Part shown: positions 57,206 through 64,000 of the stretch, in pieces
Layout: each line of letters starts with the position of its first letter
Position numbering within the stretch: position 1 is the first letter of the stretch
Origin: Chrysomallon squamiferum
Lineage: Eukaryota > Animalia > Mollusca
Reading direction: 5' to 3'
Length of the DNA: 64,000 nucleotides
NCBI GenBank assembly: GCA_012295275.1
Contig: CM022678.1
Location: 2,480,001-2,544,000 of the forward strand
Notes under the pieces: model-generated
What the model was told of the DNA's origin: nothing
What the model saw: the letters and a program-made list of their open reading frames with translations, nothing else
The model's database searches: none
Position numbers and translations under genes: made by a program

Positions 57206-60200
57206 AATAATACCGTAAAGCAAAACAGTTTGCATCACTTTTTTAAAAAGTAGATGCTAATCTTTATCTCTAATACAACTTTAGAGAAAATGTCAAATAT
57301 GTTTTGAAATGAATGAAGTAAAATTTCAAAATAACCACAAATTAAAAAAAAAGAAAACAAATTTGATTATCAATGTAACTGATTGTGGAACTGTGTAAAA
57401 TAATGAATTGTGGGATGTAAATAAATTTCTGCAACAAGCTGAGATTTTATCAAAAGTAAAAATAATAATCTGAAAAACGTTAAAGCTAAAATATATACAA
57501 ATACATTATTATTAATTGATAATTTTTTTAATTTTCCATAGAAAATTGAAATCAGTGAAATGTAATTTCAAATTAATGGAATGTATGTTTTGTTTTACTT
57601 AAATAATAAAAACAACAACAATAATAATAATAATAACAATAACAATAACAATAATAATAATAATAATAACAATAATAATAATAATAATAATAATAACAAT
57701 AACAATAACAATAACAATAACAATAATAATAATACACAGTGGTCTCCCCAGCATTTGTGAAAGGGATGGTGGGAACCAGTGTAACTGGTGCCAGTTAATC
57801 TAAGGGATAACAACATCAGCAATACTCAAACATAAATTACCATCACTTGAATATCAGTCCAACAGCATTATGGTTCTGTGGTAGAAAACTAGAAATTGTC
57901 TGACTCGTAATTAAATAATTTATCACTGATAAATAAACAACTGTGTATGTGTTTATTATTATTACTGATTTTTTTTTTTTTTTTCTTTCTTTCTTTTAGG
58001 TTCATGAACAAGACATCAAGAAAAAAATAAGGAAAATGAAGCCACAATAAATCAGATGTGTTTCGTTATCATGGTACTTCAGTATTACTTAAGAATAATT
58101 ACATATAATAACACGAGCCATTGTCAAAAATAAATGTCCCCAAATATTTTTGTCACAATTTTCTTCACTCACAGTCTATATTTTTTTTTTTATTATTACA
58201 ATACAAGCATTATACAGGCAAATTTTCGTTTATTCTTTTATTAAAGATGCTTTGATTTTACTAGTGGAATTATACTAAAGAAAACCAGTATTCTCTTAAA
58301 GAAGGACCTCTCTTTTTCACAGAGGAATATTAATGAACACATTGTAATGGCTGCTTCCATTTGGTAAAATATTTTGTGAAATAGAAATCGTTAAACGAAC
58401 AATTGTGCCAAGTGATACGCGACGAATAACTGGTCCTGAAGTTACATTAAACCCGTATACATTTGTGAAATCAGATGTCATTGATGAAAATGTAAGATTT
58501 CTTGTACAACCCTTTATGATTATTCGTCGCATAGATAAAGATTATCATTATTATAAATATAATCATTTTGAATTGTCACAATAGACATTTTAACTTAATT
58601 ATTGACAGTCTGAGTATTAATTTTTAACTAATATAATAAAGTAACATAGTAATAATCATTATAAAAATATAAATGATAATTCACTATTGAAATATGTTAG
58701 CTGTTTAGGAAATATGTTATTGTTACGTTCATCACATCAATTTTAGAATTTATTAAACTGACTGAATTCCGCAGAGGTGCTATGATGCCTCATGGTTAAA
58801 CCAGAGCTCTTTGAAACGGTTAAAATCTTTGAATCGTTTATTTTATTAATTAAATATTAAACATTGTTTTATAGAAATTTCGACTTTTCAAAAGTTAAAT
58901 GCCAGTGTGGAACAAGATGGACGAAAACCTGAAGAGGTTCGAGCTTTGTGTAAGTTAAATTATTTATACTATTTTTAATTGTGCCTGAATACATTTTTTG
59001 TATCTGCTTGGAAATAAATTATAAAGCCACAAAATTTCTTTGAAATTTCCTTAACTAGATTTATTTTATTTTATTTTATTTTATTCTATTATTTTATTTT
59101 TTTTATTTTATTTTTATTTTTTAAATCAAGAACTGTTTGAAATAGAAAAATATTTGTAACTTCTCTGGTATCTTTACTTATTTAAGTCATTAATAAATGG
59201 TATATTGTTTTTATTTAATTATATATCACTAATAGTTTTGTTAATATACCTGTCCTTGTCACATAACAGTTTTATCAGAAGTGATGAGCTACTATTTTCA
59301 TGTGCCGTAGATAATGCACATAAAACTTTTTATTATTAATTTAAAAACAAGATTAGCTACTGCATTAAGATTGTCAGTTTTCTCTTTCACTACTTTTGTT
59401 TCTGACAACACTGTAGAACGAGTACACTTAAAAAAGAATTTTTTTTTTAATACATCTTAAATAAAACATATTCTGTCTTTCTTCTTATAGTCAAAAATAC
59501 AAAAATATTTCTCTTTTAGTTTTACGAGCTGGTGTGATAAGTCCGGCTCATGGATCAGTCTACATCGAACAAAACCAGACCAAAGTTATATCTGCAGTGT
59601 AAGTATTATACACAAATAAACCATTCTAAAGTTATATGTATTTGTAAGTATTATAAATAAGTCTTTTATTTGGATTTACACCTACAACTTCAGTGAAGTA
59701 AATTGTAAAGTTCACTGTGCCTGTACATGTTGTGTGGCCTTCAGCTAACTTGTATAGGACTCTTACACCTGTACAACTAGTATTTGAATTTACCTGTATT
59801 ACACAATTCATAGGTGATGCTTGCAGGCAAATGTGTGATGTTACACCTGTACAGGTTTTGTTTTGTTCACACAGGTACAGGCCACGTGAAGTGTTAAGGA
59901 AGGAAGACTTCAGCATGAAGGGACAGCTGACCTGTACAACACTGTTACACCTGTACAGGTTATGTTTTGTTCACACAGGTACACGTGAAGTGTTAAGGAA
60001 GGAAGACTTCAGCATGAAGGGACAGCTGACCTGCGAGTTCAAGTTTGCAACATTTTCCTGCAGACAACGTCGACAACACCAGCAAGACAGCGAGGAGAAA
60101 GACTACTCACTTCAAATCCTGGAAGCTCTTGAACCAGCTGTCTGTCTGGTGAGTCTGTCTGTCTGGTGAGTCTGTCTGTGTATGTGTCTGTCTGACATGT

Positions 60201-60269
60201 TTTGTCTATCTTATGAGATTTATTTGTCTGTGAATCTGTGTGGTGATGCTGGGTCTCTGTGTCTTTCTC

Positions 60270-61250
60270 TGTCTGGTGAGTGTTTAATAAATGTCTGGTG
60301 AGTGTTTTTAATAAATGTCTGGTGAGTGTGTTTAATAAATGTCTGGTGAGTGTTTAATAAATGTCTGGTGAGTGTTTTTAATAAATGTCTGGTGAGTGTG
60401 TTTAATAAATGTCTGGGTAGTTTGTCACATCTGTCTGGTGAGTGTGTTTAATAAATGTCTGGTGAGTGTGTTTAATAAATGTCTGGTGAGTTTGTCACAT
60501 CTGTCTGGTGAGTTTGTTTAATAAATGTCTGGTGAGTGTGTTTAATAAACGTCTGGGTAGTTTGTCACATCTGTCTGGTGAGTTTGTCACATCTGTCTGG
60601 TGAGTGTGTTTAATAAATGTCTGGATAGTTTGTCACATCTGTCTGGTGAGTGTGTTTAATAAATGTCTGGATAGTTTGTCACATCTGTCTGGTGAGTGTT
60701 TAATAAATGTCTGGATAGTATGTCACATCTGTCTGGTGAGTGTTTAATAAATGTCTGAATAGTTTGTCACATCTGTCTGGTGAGTATGCTTAATAAATGT
60801 CTGAATAGTTTGTCACATCTGTCTGGTGAGTGTGTTTAATAAATGTCTGGTGAGTATGTTTAACAAATGTCTGGAGAGTGTGTTTAATAAATGTCTGGAT
60901 AGTTTGTCACATCTGTCTGGTGAGTATGCTTAATAAATGTCTGAATAGTTTGTCACATCTGTCTGGTGAGTGTGTTTAATAAATGTCTGGATAGTTTGTC
61001 ACATCTGCCTGGTGAGTGTGTTTAATAAATGTCTGGATAGTTTGTCACATCTGTCTGGTGAGTGTGTTTAATAAATATCTGAATAGTTTGTCACATCTGT
61101 CTGGTGAGTGTGTTTAATAAATGTCTGAATAGTTTGTCACATCTGTCTGGTGAGTGTGTTTAATAAATGTCTGGTGAGTTTGTTTAATAAATATCTGAAT
61201 AGTTTGTCACATCTGTCTGGTGAGTTTCTTTAATAAATGTCTGGTGAGTC
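60270..61250 (+). repeat. Two-unit minisatellite (24-bp gtctggtgagtgtgtttaataaat and 22-bp gtctggatagtttgtcacatct) with about 46-bp higher-order alternation
   Basis: Directly visible tandem array in EXOSC6 intron 4. Confidence 0.92.
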
Positions 61251-62099
61251 TCTGTCTAGCAAATCAGTGTCATGTCTGTCAGTCCTATGTGTGTCTGGAA
61301 TGTTTCAGAAAATTAAAAATATTTAAGTCTTACTAACACTTTGTTAAATATATATTTATTATAGATCTTTTTAATTACAAACATGTATATCTGTATTGTT
61401 TGTTATTTTTCATTCTTAGCACAAATTTCCAAAAGTTCAGGTGAACATCTACATCACAGTTCTTCAAAATGATGGCAGTGGTAAGAGTTTAATTTTTTAA
61501 TTTTACTGTGCTATGCGATTTTCTTTTCTCTCTCACTATCTATCATTCATTGTCTGTCTGTCTCTCTTTTTCTTTTTCCCACTTTCTTTCTCTCTCTCTC
61601 TTTCTCTGTTTCACTCTTTTTTTCACTCTGTCTCTCTCTTACAGTCTGATTTTATTTTATTAATATCGTTATCTTTACTTAATGTTCAATGTATTTTGTT
61701 AATATTGTGTATAATAATCATAATATTTTAAATATATTAAATGTGTTCATTTCTTGTGTGAGTCATGCAGATCTGTTCAAGTAGATATCAGCTTTAGTTT
61801 AATAATTTAACCATACCTTACTCTGTCGTCACATCAGATTCTGCATCACACACCTCCCAACTGATCTGTACATTTTCTTTTTAATATTTTCTTCTCTATT
61901 TGTTTTTTTCCCAGCTCTTGCTGCAGCTATAACCTGTGCAGATGTTGCCCTGGCTGATGCAGAAATTGAGATGTATGATTTAGTAACTGGGTGTTCATCT
62001 GTAAGTTTGATATTAACATGCTTATTTTTTTACTTTTATTTATTTACACATTCACTTTAATTACAGAAAACTGCACTAATTTAGTTAGTCTAAGGAAAT

Positions 62100-62375
62100 G
62101 ACAGAAATATTTTACTGGTGAATGAGTTGAAGATTTCTTTAGCTTATTTTTCATTATATTTAGCAAGATTTCTTAACAGATATTTTACTGGTGAATGCGT
62201 TGAAGATTTCTTTAGCTTATTTTTCATTATATTTAGCAAGATTTCTTAACAGATATTTTACTGGTGAATGAGTTGAAGATTTCTTTAGGTTGTTGTTCAT
62301 TATATTTAGTCTGAATTTCAAAATAAATAACAGAAATATTTCACTGCAGGATGAGTTGAAAATGTCTTTAGGTTA
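62100..62375 (+). repeat. 72-bp tandem repeat, about 3.5 copies
   Basis: cagatattttactggtgaatg.gttgaagatttctttag recurs at about 62102, 62178, 62250 and 62331. Confidence 0.85.
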
Positions 62376-63790
62376 TTCTTCTTCTGACAGGTCAGACAAT
62401 CTCTTCTCCATGATGACCCCAATGAATAGTTTTCCCATTTCAGTCAAGTGATCAGCAGCAGCAAATCATTATTTTTATTTTGACCTTCCCATAGACTGGA
62501 CATCACATACCACAGACATTGTTCATCTGGCTCTGACACACTGACTGAAAGAAAAAAATTGTTCTGTAGGTGTAACACCAATAAGATTTGAACCTGAAAT
62601 CTGTCAGGTGTGAGGACTTTCTAACCAGCAAGTCTCAGGTTTAAAATGATGATCATCATCTTCATTATACAGCTCTGATGTAACATTGTTGGGCAAAAGA
62701 CTCAGCATGTTGTTTCTGTGTCATCCTAAGTTGAGTAATCATCTTCCAATACTCACCTAGTTCATTCATTCCTCCATCATCTCGCTCATCTTCCTCTAGA
62801 TTGCTTCCCTTGGTATGGCTTCGAAATGATGACATGCACTTCTCACTGTTTATCTTTACTTGAAGTTCCCCATCGAAAAAAGCTATATGTTCAGTCTGCA
62901 CAATATGTGTATATTTAAATTGTTTTGTATAAATCTAACAAAGAATATAATTCACAGAACAACCAGACAAAACTCACCAGCAACAGATACTTTATTTTAG
63001 TTAATGCATTTGATGCAATTATTTATGAGGATTTTTCACAAACAACTAATTTGAACATCTCTCACAGTACTTGTACTCTGAATATTTTCTGTAACAACCC
63101 TTCATCTAACTTGCAAAAGTTACACCAATTCCTGCTATCCCTTCATAAATGCTGGCGAGTCCACTGATATATATATTTTTTTGGTGTATTTTTTATTTTT
63201 ATTTTAATATCAAAAGGTATATATTTCGTTTTATGGTATGTGTGTAGATATGACTGCATGTCTGTGTGCATGTATGTATGTATGTATGTATGTGTGTATG
63301 TGTGTAAGTATGTATGTTAAACGCTGACTGTTACTAAGAATGCGGCCCAGATCTGATGTAATTATAGAAATCAGTACAAAACAGAAACAAATCTGGCAGT
63401 TGGCAGTGTAAGTGATTCAGACAGAAATCGTGTCTAGTATTTTGTTACAAAATGTTTCAGTAAGTGTGACAGTAATATTTCAAAGTCTGAAATATTCAAA
63501 ACTCTTTATAACCAACTGGAAAGCTATGGTACGGAAACTACAAATAGCCTGAATTAAAGGATATAAATGTATTAGGGCAACAATGTGAAAAAAAAGAGTA
63601 ATCAGTATATTAACCTGAAGAAAATTCAAGCTGAAATGTATACAGACATAATATTATTATTATAAAAATGTTTTACAGAGTCCTGCTTATTTCAGGATAA
63701 AGTTCACTAAATTTATTCATGTTACAACTAAGTAGTTTCTCAAATTTTCCTGTATGTTGTGCTTGAATAACAGCACAATAAATAAACAAT

Positions 63791-64000
63791 TTAACACGTA
63801 TCTGATTCTTCAATGTCAAGTACAGCTTTAAACAGTGATTCTCCATCAGGAAAATCTCTCCCGTTTCTCTGTCTCTCTAGCTGAATTGCCTTCCTTACAC
63901 TTTCTATACTGCATCCAAACTCTAGAACAGCGTCTATCATCGTACTGCGTACACCCGACATGACGTCATCATCGTTACGTATGCCCCCGACTGCGCCTTC
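63791..64000 (-). CDS. 3' end of another IAP-family/UBA exon running off the window
   Basis: Open frame EGAVGGIRNDDDVMSGVRSTMIDAVLEFGCSIESVRKAIQLERQRNGRDFPDGESLFKAVLDIEESDTC*. Confidence 0.85.
   Translation of the reverse strand, partial: EGAVGGIRNDDDVMSGVRSTMIDAVLEFGCSIESVRKAIQLERQRNGRDFPDGESLFKAVLDIEESDTC

Larger units (their letters stand above)
58405..62429 (+). pseudogene. EXOSC6: Unprocessed EXOSC6/MTR3 pseudogene (exons 58405-58491, 58875-58949, 59520-59598, 59875-60148, 61420-61480, 61915-62000, possibly 62391 onward)
   Basis: Exons translate to (V)PSDTRRITGPE..., QDGRKPEEVRAL, FLRAGVISPAHGSVYIEQNQTKVISAV, YRPREV...ALEPAVCL, HKFPKVQVNIYITVLQNDGS and ALAAAITCADVALADAEIEMYDLVTGCSS, collinear with EXOSC6. 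The start codon is GTG, exon 2 is out of frame, exon 4 has a 99-bp internal duplication and the C-terminus is missing. Confidence 0.88.

Noticed and set aside
58317-58532. Minus-strand 71-aa ORF
   Set aside because: Antisense to EXOSC6 pseudogene exon 1.
60270-61250. CRISPR-like repeat/spacer array
   Set aside because: No unique spacers, only two alternating units; eukaryotic intron context and no cas genes.

Overview
AT-rich, microsatellite-dense animal genomic DNA with GT-AG introns. The gene content looks lophotrochozoan/mollusc-like, but the taxon cannot be fixed from sequence alone. The core (about 8.5-34.2 kb) is a tandem array of a two-gene cassette repeated three times with a 9.6-10.2 kb period. 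Each cassette holds a RING-less IAP (BIR-BIR-UBA, + strand) tail-to-tail with a TRIM gene (RING-Bbox1-Bbox2-coiled coil-SPRY-like, - strand), which in turn faces the next IAP head-to-head. Only the middle cassette has both genes intact; the others show frameshifts and microhomology deletions. The two unrelated genes carry homologous copies of one CRE/bZIP-site module, plus kappaB-like and GAS-like motifs. Further IAP derivatives have lost both BIRs: a spliceable two-exon tandem-UBA gene (43.6-44.7 kb) and another UBA exon at the window end. Around the array lies a patchwork of direct and inverted segmental duplications. It contains a multi-exon EXOSC6/MTR3 pseudogene plus two fragments, an intact FAM167-family terminal exon, decayed ankyrin repeats, three Sola2-like transposase remnants, a pogo-type MITE, a Tc1/mariner remnant and minisatellites seeded at splice donors. 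All domain and family calls are from motif recognition by eye; no searches were run.
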